24,139 nt of DNA from a virus. Each line of letters starts with the position of its first letter. Within the stretch, counting starts at the first letter, position 1. Made by a program: the position numbers and the translations under genes. Of the stretch, positions 8,414-15,890 are shown one piece after another. The stretch lies in IMG/VR virus record IMGVR_UViG_3300045988_181603, positions 1 to 24,139 of that record, one strand, 5' to 3'. The notes under the pieces are model-generated. The model saw nothing but the letters and a program-made list of their open reading frames with translations. It did not search any database and was not told where the DNA came from.

Positions 8414-8707
8414 ATGGAGAATAATAATTTATATAAAATAATCGGAATCGCCACATATACAGGAATCTCAAAAAGCACTAAGAAACCGTACACAATGAAA
8501 ACACTTGAGGTTGAATTCAATGAAACGCCGGCACAGGTCAAAACATTCTCGGACGCACCTGTTCAGATCGGGGATTATGCCAAAATCGGCTTGGGAATCA
8601 AAAAAACACTATATGGCACAGAACTGGTTCCATCAGTGGACGAAATCGTACCTGCTGCCAATGTGGAATCTCAGAAAGGAACAGGTGACGCAAATGACAG
8701 TAAATGA
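8414..8707 (+). CDS. Hypothetical protein (97 aa)
   Basis: AAGGAG RBS; no recognisable motif. Confidence 0.55.
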   Translation: MENNNLYKIIGIATYTGISKSTKKPYTMKTLEVEFNETPAQVKTFSDAPVQIGDYAKIGLGIKKTLYGTELVPSVDEIVPAANVESQKGTGDANDSK

Positions 8708-9044
8708 TGCAGTAAATAATTTATACGCTACATATTCAAAATATGGTGTAACTAAGGAATTTCTGCAGGAGATGATTGAGAATGGATTAAAGCGTGGATT
8801 CTCTGTTCGAGCTGCTTATAATGGCGTCCGGATGTGTCTTGGAAAAGAAACCAATGAAAGAGAGTATTTCACACTGGACGAGCTTCAAGAAATTACTGGA
8901 GAATCTCGTGAGGAGCTTGTCGCAAGAGCTGAGCAGATGAAGAACGAGCTTCGTGCAGCAGGCAAAAATCCGGATGAATACATCAAGGAGATTCCATCCG
9001 CAGGTCATAATATTTTATATTTCCCGAATGGATTAACATCATAA
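8694..9044 (+). CDS. Hypothetical protein (116 aa; start trimmed from the 8505 track ORF)
   Basis: ATG at 8694 overlaps the end of the upstream gene (operon-style coupling). The upstream part of the track ORF overlaps 8414..8707 out of frame. Confidence 0.5.
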   Translation: MTVNDAVNNLYATYSKYGVTKEFLQEMIENGLKRGFSVRAAYNGVRMCLGKETNEREYFTLDELQEITGESREELVARAEQMKNELRAAGKNPDEYIKEIPSAGHNILYFPNGLTS

Positions 9045-9049
9045 TTAAG

Positions 9050-9085
9050 TTGCTGATTACTATAGGATTGTGATACAATCACAAT
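9050..9085 (+). promoter_or_regulatory. Promoter with extended -10, overlapped by an 8-bp inverted-repeat operator
   Basis: TTGCTG - 18 bp - TGaTACAAT (9071-9079). Palindrome attgtgat-aca-atcacaat at 9067-9085. Confidence 0.55.
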
Positions 9086-9165
9086 AAGGAAAGTCAGAAC
9101 ACACAAAAGGCGGCCTGCCCTCTTCGGAGGGGTAACCCTCCAGACGAAAGAAAGGAGGGATGCCA

Positions 9166-9255
9166 ATGATTACATATTCTGAATTAATTCAGACAGGTAT
9201 CTTCATTGTCGGTCTCGTAGGATTGTGCTATACGATCTTCGGGAAAAGAAAATAG
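9166..9255 (+). CDS. Type I toxin candidate, Hol-Tox (putative holin-like toxin) family, 29 aa
   Basis: MITYSELIQTGIFIVGLVGLCYTIFGKRK: M-x-T-Y-S-[DE]-L N-terminus, one TM helix, basic tail. The GGAGGG SD (9154-9159) can be sequestered by CCCTCC (9136-9141). Confidence 0.55.
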   Translation: MITYSELIQTGIFIVGLVGLCYTIFGKRK

Positions 9256-9345
9256 CCGCCCACTACTGCAATAGTGAACGGCTGTTGATAAAACAGCTTA
9301 TTAAATTATTAGGGTAGGTCGCTGTGTGCTGGCTTTCCCTTTTGT
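9243..9345 (-). ncRNA. Candidate cis-antisense antitoxin sRNA overlapping the toxin 3' end
   Basis: Minus-strand promoter TTGATA (9380-9375) - 17 bp - TGgTATATT (-10 at 9357-9352). On the minus strand the hairpin agccg..cacta/tagtg..cggct is followed by ATTTTCTTTT. Confidence 0.35.
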
Positions 9346-9430
9346 ATCTTTAATATACCATCTTTATACCCGTATATCAAGTCCAATTACGCTATTTTAG
9401 AATGTTTTAGGATGTTTTAGCGCGTTTTCG

Positions 9431-10006
9431 TTAGTCACATTTCTTATTTCTCATTGACCTGATCAGCGTTGATTTACTGATTCCTGTCATCTGTACCACC
9501 TCTTTGTATGAATGGTCTAACAATAGGTCTAGCGCATGGTCTAGCTGTTTTTGATTATATTTCTTTGGTCTACCCTCTACAAAATCTGGGTTTTGTCTGG
9601 CAATTGCCTTACCAGCTTGACAGCGTTCAATAATCTGGTTTCGTTCAAGTTCTGCGACTGCTAAGAGAGTGGTTATGAAAAATTGTCCCATAGCTGTATC
9701 TTCCAGTAATCCGACATTAAGAACATGGACAGAGCATTTCTTTTGAAATAAATCCTTTACTATCTTGATTCCTTCCTCTGTGTTTCGTGCTAACCTGTCC
9801 AGCTTATTCACCACCAGCATATCTTTTTCTTTCATTTTCTGGATTACATCATTAAATACTGGTCTATCCGTAGTGGTTCCGGTATATGCTTCTTTATAAA
9901 TCTGAGCATCATTATACCTTGAGAGTATTTCCTGTTCTTGAGCTTGCAAACTATTACCGTCTTTAGCCTGCCCTTTTGTCGATACACGACAATATCCGAA
10001 TATCAT
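9431..10006 (-). CDS. Small serine recombinase (resolvase/invertase family)
   Basis: N-terminal GYCRVSTKGQ catalytic motif, LVVNKLDRLARN, C-terminal HTH (GISKSTLIR). 191 aa. Confidence 0.92.
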   Translation of the reverse strand: MIFGYCRVSTKGQAKDGNSLQAQEQEILSRYNDAQIYKEAYTGTTTDRPVFNDVIQKMKEKDMLVVNKLDRLARNTEEGIKIVKDLFQKKCSVHVLNVGLLEDTAMGQFFITTLLAVAELERNQIIERCQAGKAIARQNPDFVEGRPKKYNQKQLDHALDLLLDHSYKEVVQMTGISKSTLIRSMRNKKCD

Positions 10007-10027
10007 TGCTATTTTCCCCTTTCGTTA

Positions 10028-10150
10028 GTGACACTAAGTTATGACACCGTTTTATGCCTTGATTTTACATCTGTTGGTTTTTGGTGTCAATACTTTAAAG
10101 TTTTGATTCTTTTGAGTTGAACCACAATTTATATTATTATCTGTCAATTA
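10028..10150. promoter_or_regulatory. res-like repeat cluster plus the recombinase promoter
   Basis: TGACAC at 10028-10034 and 10042-10048; inverted GGTGTCA at 10083-10089; TGTCAAT(A/T)AC at 10085-10094 and 10142-10151. Minus-strand promoter TTGACA (10090-10085) - 17 bp - TAAAAT (10067-10062) overlaps one repeat. Confidence 0.5.
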
Positions 10151-10183
10151 CTCTGTTAGGGATTCTTCAGAAAATACATTCAA

Positions 10184-10216
10184 AAAGGAGCTACCTTCGG
10201 CATAGGTAACTCCTTT
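10184..10216 (-). terminator. Terminator for the RHH gene (minus strand)
   Basis: 12-bp stem with one mismatch (aaaggagctacc / ggtaactccttt). A T-run follows on the minus strand. Confidence 0.65.
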
Positions 10217-10282
10217 GAATGAAAATAGAAAAAGCATAATGATATTCGATTGCATTTATTATATCACATATAGAACAGTGTT

Positions 10283-10726
10283 TCAATCCTCTTCTTTTAT
10301 CTTAATGCCATATTTATTAAGAATCTCTTCAATCTCCTCTCGAGCTATCTTTCTTTGATCTTCTACGGATTCCTCTTTAAAACGCAGACCGATGCTATAT
10401 TTTCCTCGTGAATCAGCAATCTTGGAGAGCTGACTTATAATATGCTTAGGTTCTCTAAGATATTTTTCTAATTCTTCTTGCAAATCTAAGTTCCAGTTTG
10501 CTGGCTTATTCAGATTTAACTCCATTTCTTCCGTATACATATTTTTATTTACTGAATTTCTAACATAGCTATTTAATGATTGTTTTGCTTCTTCTGCTGC
10601 TGCCCTGATAACATCTTTTTGCCCTTTTGGCACTCTGATACGAATATCCTCAACAGATTCCTTTAAATATTTTTTCGCGGCTTTTGCTTGAGCCTCCGTA
10701 TATCGACTTTTCTTTTCTTCTGACAT
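10283..10726 (-). CDS. Ribbon-helix-helix (Arc/CopG-like) DNA-binding protein with an acidic C-terminal domain
   Basis: ATG at 10726 lies 5 nt after AGAGGGGG. IRIRVPKGQKDVIRAAAEEAKQSLNSYVRNSV is RHH-like. The longer track ORF start has no RBS. Confidence 0.6.
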   Translation of the reverse strand: MSEEKKSRYTEAQAKAAKKYLKESVEDIRIRVPKGQKDVIRAAAEEAKQSLNSYVRNSVNKNMYTEEMELNLNKPANWNLDLQEELEKYLREPKHIISQLSKIADSRGKYSIGLRFKEESVEDQRKIAREEIEEILNKYGIKIKEED

Positions 10727-10797
10727 ATATGCCCCCTCTTTCACTGTAATAAAAGGCAGTGTGATAATAAAAGACACTTTCCCCACCTTACTTAAAA

Positions 10798-10917
10798 GTA
10801 TATCATATGTAAATATATGTGTCCATAGAAAAATACACAAAAAAGTGTGTCTATGGGTACATATATTTTGTATATAACGTCAATAGACATTTCTATGTGC
10901 CCATAGTACAATATAAT
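10798..10917. promoter_or_regulatory. Divergent promoter region with CCATAG/CTATGG operator repeats
   Basis: Minus strand: TGGACA - 17 bp - TGaTATACT (10825-10798). Plus strand: TAGACA (10884-10889) - 17 bp - TACAAT (10907-10912). Repeats at 10821-10828, 10849-10860 and 10893-10909. Confidence 0.55.
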
Positions 10918-11084
10918 CAGTTCAAGGGAACAAGATAAAACAGAATCAAGTGAAGAGTGAAAATGAAGTGATCGTAAGATGTACCAGAGACACTCACATA
11001 ACATCGGGCAAGGGTAAGCAAAGATACAGAGTTATCGAGATTGGTTTAAGACCTGCCGGGACTGATTCAGAAAGGAGCATATAA

Positions 11085-11411
11085 ATGAAGAAATACAATT
11101 TATCAAAGATTATGTTGAAAGCCTGGAAGATTTACCGCAAGACAAAAGGCATCAATTTTGCTGAAGCACTTCATAGAGCTTGGTTATCTGCTAAGGCAGA
11201 AGAAATCAATGCAAAGAGAATCGAAACTGCAAAACAGGCAGCAGGAGTCACCGAGCAGGTTAATACCTTTGCTAAATGGAAAGAAGCCGGCTACAAAGTG
11301 ATTCACGGAAGCAAAGCACTATTTGGTGCCGTCCTGATCTGGGGAAGCCGGGGAGACGGAGCTGAATATAAAGCAAGTTTCTTCGGCAAGTCGCAGATAG
11401 AACCTATTTAA
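11085..11411 (+). CDS. Small protein with weak ArdC-N/DUF1738-like ssDNA-binding signature
   Basis: AAAGGAG RBS. NTFAKWKEAGYKVIHGSKALF resembles the F-x-x-W-K-x-x-G-x-x-V-x-K-G-x-K segment of ArdC N-domains. The similarity is short. Confidence 0.4.
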   Translation: MKKYNLSKIMLKAWKIYRKTKGINFAEALHRAWLSAKAEEINAKRIETAKQAAGVTEQVNTFAKWKEAGYKVIHGSKALFGAVLIWGSRGDGAEYKASFFGKSQIEPI

Positions 11412-11530
11412 TAAGAAAGCCCTTACCAGACTGGTCCTCTGATAGGGGCAAGTAACCCGACAATCACGCAAAATCGAGGGGTTGTAGGAATTATACCATA
11501 CCTGTCCCCTCCATAACAAGGAGAATTGAC

Positions 11531-11701
11531 ATGAAACACCACACATTAATGACTTATGATCAGTGGCAGCACCGTTTCAAAACAACACTTAAAAGAACCA
11601 TCAAACGAAAAGTTATCCAGGCATTGCAGTTATTGGTCCTTGCAATCATTATTTCAATGCCAATCTGGATGCTGATGGACTGGATTCTGTTCGGATATTG
11701 A
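11531..11701 (+). CDS. Small membrane protein (56 aa), not in the ORF track
   Basis: ATG 7 nt after AAGGAG. Basic N-terminus followed by a hydrophobic helix (ALQLLVLAIIISMPIWMLMDWILFGY). Confidence 0.45.
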   Translation: MKHHTLMTYDQWQHRFKTTLKRTIKRKVIQALQLLVLAIIISMPIWMLMDWILFGY

Positions 11702-11716
11702 TGAGGAGATGTGAAA

Positions 11717-11884
11717 ATGCAGGATAAAAAAGTGATAAATACATTTGCAATTACAACCAAGCAGGGAGTAATCCGCAATATCAACCACAGTACTATCATG
11801 CAGCCGAAAACACAATTCAGCGGTAATCCTATGAATTGGTTTGATGATAACAAACTTTTAAAGAAAAAGAAAATGGAGGGCTAA
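11717..11884 (+). CDS. Small hypothetical protein (55 aa), not in the ORF track
   Basis: ATG 8 nt after AGGAG. Its stop abuts the RBS of the next gene. Confidence 0.4.
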   Translation: MQDKKVINTFAITTKQGVIRNINHSTIMQPKTQFSGNPMNWFDDNKLLKKKKMEG

Positions 11885-11889
11885 GAAAC

Positions 11890-12570
11890 ATGGAATTTGC
11901 CAAAATTTACGATGCTAAAATCAACGAGGAACTGAAAAAATATGAAAAGTTGCAGTGGGAAATGTACTATCGGACACTGCTTCCGGAGCGTATGCAGCAG
12001 TTTGAACAGGAATATATCGGAAATTCCAAAGACAAAGAACAGGCAATGAAACAGCATAAAGCGGAATTAATGGCGAAACACGCTGGCAGAATCCAGAGAT
12101 TACTTAATCAGAAGCGCGAGAGACTGACTGTTGAATGCCTGGGAGAGCTCATTGACCGCCTTGAAACTGCACAGTATGAAGCAGATCAGAAAGATAATGA
12201 ATTTAATCCGGAAGATTATGAAGAACTTCCGGTAGATGAACAGCGAGATTCTTCTTGTGAGGATGAAGCACCGACGCTCGCATCCGAAATAATTGCAGAT
12301 CAGGACGCCGAGATTAAAAAGCTCAAAGAAGAACTGCTGAAAGCCAGAAATGACGCAAAGGCTTTTGAAGAGGACTGGCAGTATGTTCTTGATCAACGTG
12401 AACTGCTGAGAGCACAATTGGACATCATCACCTTCACATTGAAATTTTATGACTTTGGGTGCTTGGAAAATGTTCAAAATGTCGTACGAGCCATGTACGA
12501 ACTGCAGCCACCGAAAGAAGAGGGTGAACAGGAGGGTGAACAGGAGGGAGAACATAATGAAAAGGTGTGA
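11890..12570 (+). CDS. Acidic coiled-coil protein (226 aa)
   Basis: GGAGGG RBS. Glu/Asp-rich heptad-like sequence with a C-terminal EGEQEGEQEGE repeat. Confidence 0.6.
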   Translation: MEFAKIYDAKINEELKKYEKLQWEMYYRTLLPERMQQFEQEYIGNSKDKEQAMKQHKAELMAKHAGRIQRLLNQKRERLTVECLGELIDRLETAQYEADQKDNEFNPEDYEELPVDEQRDSSCEDEAPTLASEIIADQDAEIKKLKEELLKARNDAKAFEEDWQYVLDQRELLRAQLDIITFTLKFYDFGCLENVQNVVRAMYELQPPKEEGEQEGEQEGEHNEKV

Positions 12571-12850
12571 CTTGACTCAGGTTCCTTGTAGAGAAGCTAT
12601 TGCAGAAGTTATTAAAGAGAACAAGAATAGATATTTCTTACAGAGAACATATGAAGTAGCGAAAATTCTTCTGGAAGGAAGCAGAGAATCGACGTTGCAG
12701 AAAATGTCCGAAGAAGACAGAGGCAGATTTTTTCTGATATGGAATATTTTAAGCTTAAATAATGGTGAGGATATTAGAAGAATACTCAGCTTATCAAATT
12801 ACTTAATAATTAAGGGACAGAAAGAAACAGTCAACCAGAGAAATGCGTAA
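12557..12850 (+). CDS. Hypothetical protein (97 aa; start trimmed)
   Basis: ATG at 12557 lies 7 nt after GGAGGGA and overlaps the upstream stop region. Confidence 0.5.
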   Translation: MKRCDLTQVPCREAIAEVIKENKNRYFLQRTYEVAKILLEGSRESTLQKMSEEDRGRFFLIWNILSLNNGEDIRRILSLSNYLIIKGQKETVNQRNA

Positions 12851-12907
12851 AAAGAGCATAAAAAAGAAAGGGCGGAAGATAATTCCGTCCCTTAATAAAG
12901 GAGATAC

Positions 12908-13696
12908 ATGAACGAATTACAGGTTTTTAATTCAAAAGAGTTTGGGGATATCCGAACAACAGAAATTGACGGTAAACCGTATTTTGTGGCGAATGATGTA
13001 GCGAGAGCACTGGGATATAAAAGACCAGCAGACGCAGTTACGGCACATTGTAAGGGGTCGGTAAAACACCGATACCTTACCGATGGAGGAGAGCAGGAAT
13101 TAAAAGTTATCCCAGAGGGTGATATATACCGCCTTACCGTTCGCAGTAAACTCCCGTCGGCAGAAAAATTCGAGAAGTGGGTATTTGACGAAGTTATTCC
13201 ATCTATTCACCAATATGGAGCATATATGACTGAACAGACTATTGAGAAAGCACTTGCTTCTCCGGACTTCTTAATTCAACTGGCAACTAAGCTGAAAGAT
13301 GAACAGACAAGACGTAAAGAAGCCGAAGCGGAAATCAGAGTGAAAGACCAGATTATTGGAGAACTCAAGCCAAAAGCCGATTACTACGATGAAATCTTGA
13401 AGAATCCGGGACTTGTAACCATCACCCAGATTGCCAAAGATTATGGGATGTCAGGTAAGAAGATGAACAGAATTCTTCATGAACTGGGAATTCAGTATAA
13501 ACAGAGTGAGCAATGGCTTTTATACAGTGACTACCATTGTCTCGGATATACTCAATCTGAAGTTACTGATATTATCAGATCTGATGGAACTCCAGACGTA
13601 AAACTTCTTACTAAGTGGACCATGAAAGGCCGCCTCTTTCTTTATAATAAGCTGAAAGAAAAAGGTATTATTCCGGTAATTGAGCAGGGAAATTAA
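12908..13696 (+). CDS. Phage antirepressor (Bro-N domain + KilA-C/ANT domain)
   Basis: N-terminus LQVFNSKEFGDIRTTEIDGKPYFVANDVARALGY...EKFEKWVFDEVIPSI is Bro-N. C-terminus GLVTITQIAKDYGMSGKKMNRILHELGIQY is KilAC-type. Confidence 0.85.
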   Translation: MNELQVFNSKEFGDIRTTEIDGKPYFVANDVARALGYKRPADAVTAHCKGSVKHRYLTDGGEQELKVIPEGDIYRLTVRSKLPSAEKFEKWVFDEVIPSIHQYGAYMTEQTIEKALASPDFLIQLATKLKDEQTRRKEAEAEIRVKDQIIGELKPKADYYDEILKNPGLVTITQIAKDYGMSGKKMNRILHELGIQYKQSEQWLLYSDYHCLGYTQSEVTDIIRSDGTPDVKLLTKWTMKGRLFLYNKLKEKGIIPVIEQGN

Positions 13697-13768
13697 TTCA
13701 AGGCGCCATGGTGCTACATATTGTTGTATGTTATAATATTTATATATAAATTCAAAGGAGGGCACGTT

Positions 13769-14044
13769 ATGACTGAGCAGGAAATGCAGGCAAAAATTGA
13801 GAAAGATCTGGAGGAATTCGAACAGGAACAGTGGCGTAAATTCGAAGAAGAGGACTTAGCAGAAAAATATGAGAAGTTCACTGAAAAGTTTGCCGACAAT
13901 CCGGACATTGACCAGCAGGAAATTGATGATCAGTGGAAAGAGGAAAAAGAAGAACTGGAAGCAGATTTTAAAGATGATCTGAAAGATCTCCTCAAGGAAG
14001 AGGAAGAACGATTGATTGAGTACTATTCAGATGATTTAGATTAA
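13769..14044 (+). CDS. Highly acidic small protein (91 aa)
   Basis: ATG 7 nt after AAGGAGGG. Very rich in Asp and Glu by inspection. Confidence 0.55.
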   Translation: MTEQEMQAKIEKDLEEFEQEQWRKFEEEDLAEKYEKFTEKFADNPDIDQQEIDDQWKEEKEELEADFKDDLKDLLKEEEERLIEYYSDDLD

Positions 14045-14052
14045 AATATCGG

Positions 14053-14090
14053 GCGGTATATGGATGATTCTGTATACCGCTTTTCCTTTA
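14053..14090 (+). terminator. Rho-independent terminator ending the 11085-14044 operon
   Basis: gcggtata / tataccgc stem followed by TTTTCCTTT. Confidence 0.7.
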
Positions 14091-14100
14091 ATATTACAGG

Positions 14101-14197
14101 TATCTATCTAAAGCTAGACCGTTATATCTATGTATAAATAGATATTTTTATAGATTAATATATCTTGCCACATACCACAAATCCGTGTAAGATATGT
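14101..14197. repeat. Upstream centromere-like (parC/parS) repeats and the parA promoter
   Basis: ATAGATAT/ATATCTAT motifs at 14101-14109, 14124-14133, 14138-14145, 14150-14165 and 14189-14197. AGCTAGACC at 14112-14120. TTGCCA - 17 bp - TAAGAT promoter at 14165-14193. Confidence 0.55.
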
Positions 14198-14218
14198 ATC
14201 AGAAAATAGGAGGGCAAA

Positions 14219-14989
14219 ATGATGAAAACTATTGTATTGGCAAACCAAAAGGGCGGATGTGCGAAGACTTCCACGACTCACGCTCTGGGTATCGGCTTGG
14301 CAAACCGAGGCTATAAAGTATTGCTGGCAGATCTGGACGCACAGTGCAACTTATGTGATTACTGCGGAGTTGATACGGAGAATGCATCCGCTACACTGTA
14401 CAATGTATTCCATGGACAGGCCACCATCCAGGATGCAATTGTAAATATTCGATTAGGGGTTGACCTATTGTTAGGCGATCTATTATTCACCAAAGCAGAT
14501 TCCGAATTCGTGCAAATCGGTAGAGAAACCATGCTCAAGAAAACTCTGGGAACTATACAGGACCGCTATGACTACTGCATTATAGATACTGCTCCAAGTC
14601 TTGGAATCTTATTGGCCAATGCGTTAGCTGCTGCCGATGGCGTAATCATTCCCCTTACAGCAAGTAGATTCTCCCTCAAGGGTATGAACCAGCTTTCACG
14701 ATTTATCGACGAAATCAGAGAAGACAGAAACCCAACCCTTAAAATTAATGGAGTGTTGCTGACTCGTTTTAATAAGCGAACTGTTCTCAACCGGTTATTA
14801 TTAGATGAGGTGCAGCAGTCTGCAGAACAACTCGGGACCAAGCTTTATAAGACGACTATACGACAATCTATCGTGATGGATGAGTCTCAGGTTATGCAGG
14901 AAGATATCTATTCTCAGAACAGCAGCATTGCAGAAGACTATAACAATTTCGTAGACGAATTCTTGGAGGATGAACATGGCGATAAATAA
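14219..14989 (+). CDS. parA: ParA/Soj-type partition ATPase (alternative start ATG 14222)
   Basis: Deviant Walker A NQKGGCAKTSTT, LLADLDAQCNL, IIDTAPSLG. Confidence 0.92.
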   Translation: MMKTIVLANQKGGCAKTSTTHALGIGLANRGYKVLLADLDAQCNLCDYCGVDTENASATLYNVFHGQATIQDAIVNIRLGVDLLLGDLLFTKADSEFVQIGRETMLKKTLGTIQDRYDYCIIDTAPSLGILLANALAAADGVIIPLTASRFSLKGMNQLSRFIDEIREDRNPTLKINGVLLTRFNKRTVLNRLLLDEVQQSAEQLGTKLYKTTIRQSIVMDESQVMQEDIYSQNSSIAEDYNNFVDEFLEDEHGDK

Positions 14990-15359
14990 GAATGCGTTGC
15001 AGGCGAAGTTACAATCAGATCGTGAGAATCGTGCGCATATTCCAGAGCAGAATACAGAATCTAAAATGAAACAAGTCCTCTCAGCTACCAGCACAGTACC
15101 TCAGCCAAAGCAGAAAAAGAAACCAAAGAAAGAAACACATAAGACATTCACAACATGGGTAGAAAAACAGAAGCTAGCCGAATGGAAAGCATATATTGCA
15201 ACAAAGAACATTAAGTCTGAAGACCTGGCATTATATGCTATTCAGCATTGGATTGATCAGGTTGCACCAATTACGCCAGAAGAACAAGAAGATTATCACA
15301 GAAATTTAGAACATGAGTTGGCAGATATTGATAAGGATGCACGGTTGAAAAAGAAATAG
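14976..15359 (+). CDS. Small centromere-binding protein, ParG-like RHH (type Ib partner)
   Basis: ATG 6 nt after GGAGG, overlapping the parA stop. Basic disordered N-terminus, then KTFTTWVEKQKLAEWKAYIATKNIKSEDLALYAIQHWI (strand-helix-helix pattern). Confidence 0.55.
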   Translation: MAINKNALQAKLQSDRENRAHIPEQNTESKMKQVLSATSTVPQPKQKKKPKKETHKTFTTWVEKQKLAEWKAYIATKNIKSEDLALYAIQHWIDQVAPITPEEQEDYHRNLEHELADIDKDARLKKK

Positions 15360-15410
15360 ATATATGTATTGATTGTTTAATCTATCTTTTAATAGATATA
15401 TAGCTAGACC
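15356..15410. repeat. Downstream copy of the centromere-like repeats
   Basis: ATAGATATAT at 15356-15365 and 15392-15401; ATCTATC at 15380-15386; AGCTAGACC at 15402-15410, in the same orientation as 14112-14120. Confidence 0.5.
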
Positions 15411-15423
15411 TTAATGATTATAA

Positions 15424-15462
15424 GGGTTTCCATACTGTTTCATGCGTGGAAATCCTTTCTTT
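15424..15462 (+). terminator. Terminator after the par operon
   Basis: ggtttcca / tggaaatcc stem followed by TTTCTTT. Confidence 0.55.
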
Positions 15463-15476
15463 ATGTCCGAATAAAA

Positions 15477-15603
15477 CATGCCCTGGGGGTCTGTACAGAA
15501 AGAGGGGGGCCCGCCGAATAACCCGCGCAATTTTTTCCGAGAAACAAAAAGGCCCCTCTTACACCTATGTCTCAAATTTCCCGCGGAAAAATAAAAAGGG
15601 CAT
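15477..15603. other. GC-rich island with nested inverted repeats (function unknown)
   Basis: Outer ATGCCCT (15478-15484) / AGGGCAT (15597-15603). Inner agaggggggcc (15501-15511) / ggcccctct (15551-15559). Duplicated CCGAATAA and CCCGCG words. Confidence 0.4.
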
Positions 15604-15832
15604 CTGTATCACTCTAAAACGACTCAAATTTCCATTTTGCATCATTCAGTGATAAAATATGCCAACATGGTATAAAAATTGATTTTAAGGGCAAATACGG
15701 CGTTTCTACGTGGATATGAGAAGTGATTCCCGTTTTGGGAATGTGGTTTGAAGTTTGAATGATGAAAGTATATCTGCCCTCACTATTTGTTAGATCAGGT
15801 TCATCAATATGACAAAATCTCAAAAATAATTA

Positions 15833-15861
15833 TTGAAACTATATTTATAAAGATTTATAAT
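15833..15861 (+). promoter_or_regulatory. Near-consensus promoter
   Basis: TTGAAA - 17 bp - TATAAT. Confidence 0.7.
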
Positions 15862-15890
15862 AAAAATATCAGAAGAAAGGAGCTGGCAGT

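Noticed and set aside
12521-12556. 12-bp tandem repeat ggtgaacaggag x2.5
   Set aside because: It lies in frame within the acidic protein and simply encodes EGEQEGEQEGE. It is a coding microsatellite, not a separate feature.
14232-15094. Track ORFs overlapping parA (14232..14444 plus strand; 14572..14841 and 14801..15094 minus strand)
   Set aside because: They are out of frame with or antisense to the clearly supported ParA and ParG-like genes, and they have no RBS.
15446-15823. 68-aa plus-strand and 69-aa minus-strand ORFs in the par/coiled-coil intergenic region
   Set aside because: Both have alternative start codons without RBSs. They overlap a GC-rich inverted-repeat island and promoter-like sequence, so they are likely non-coding.
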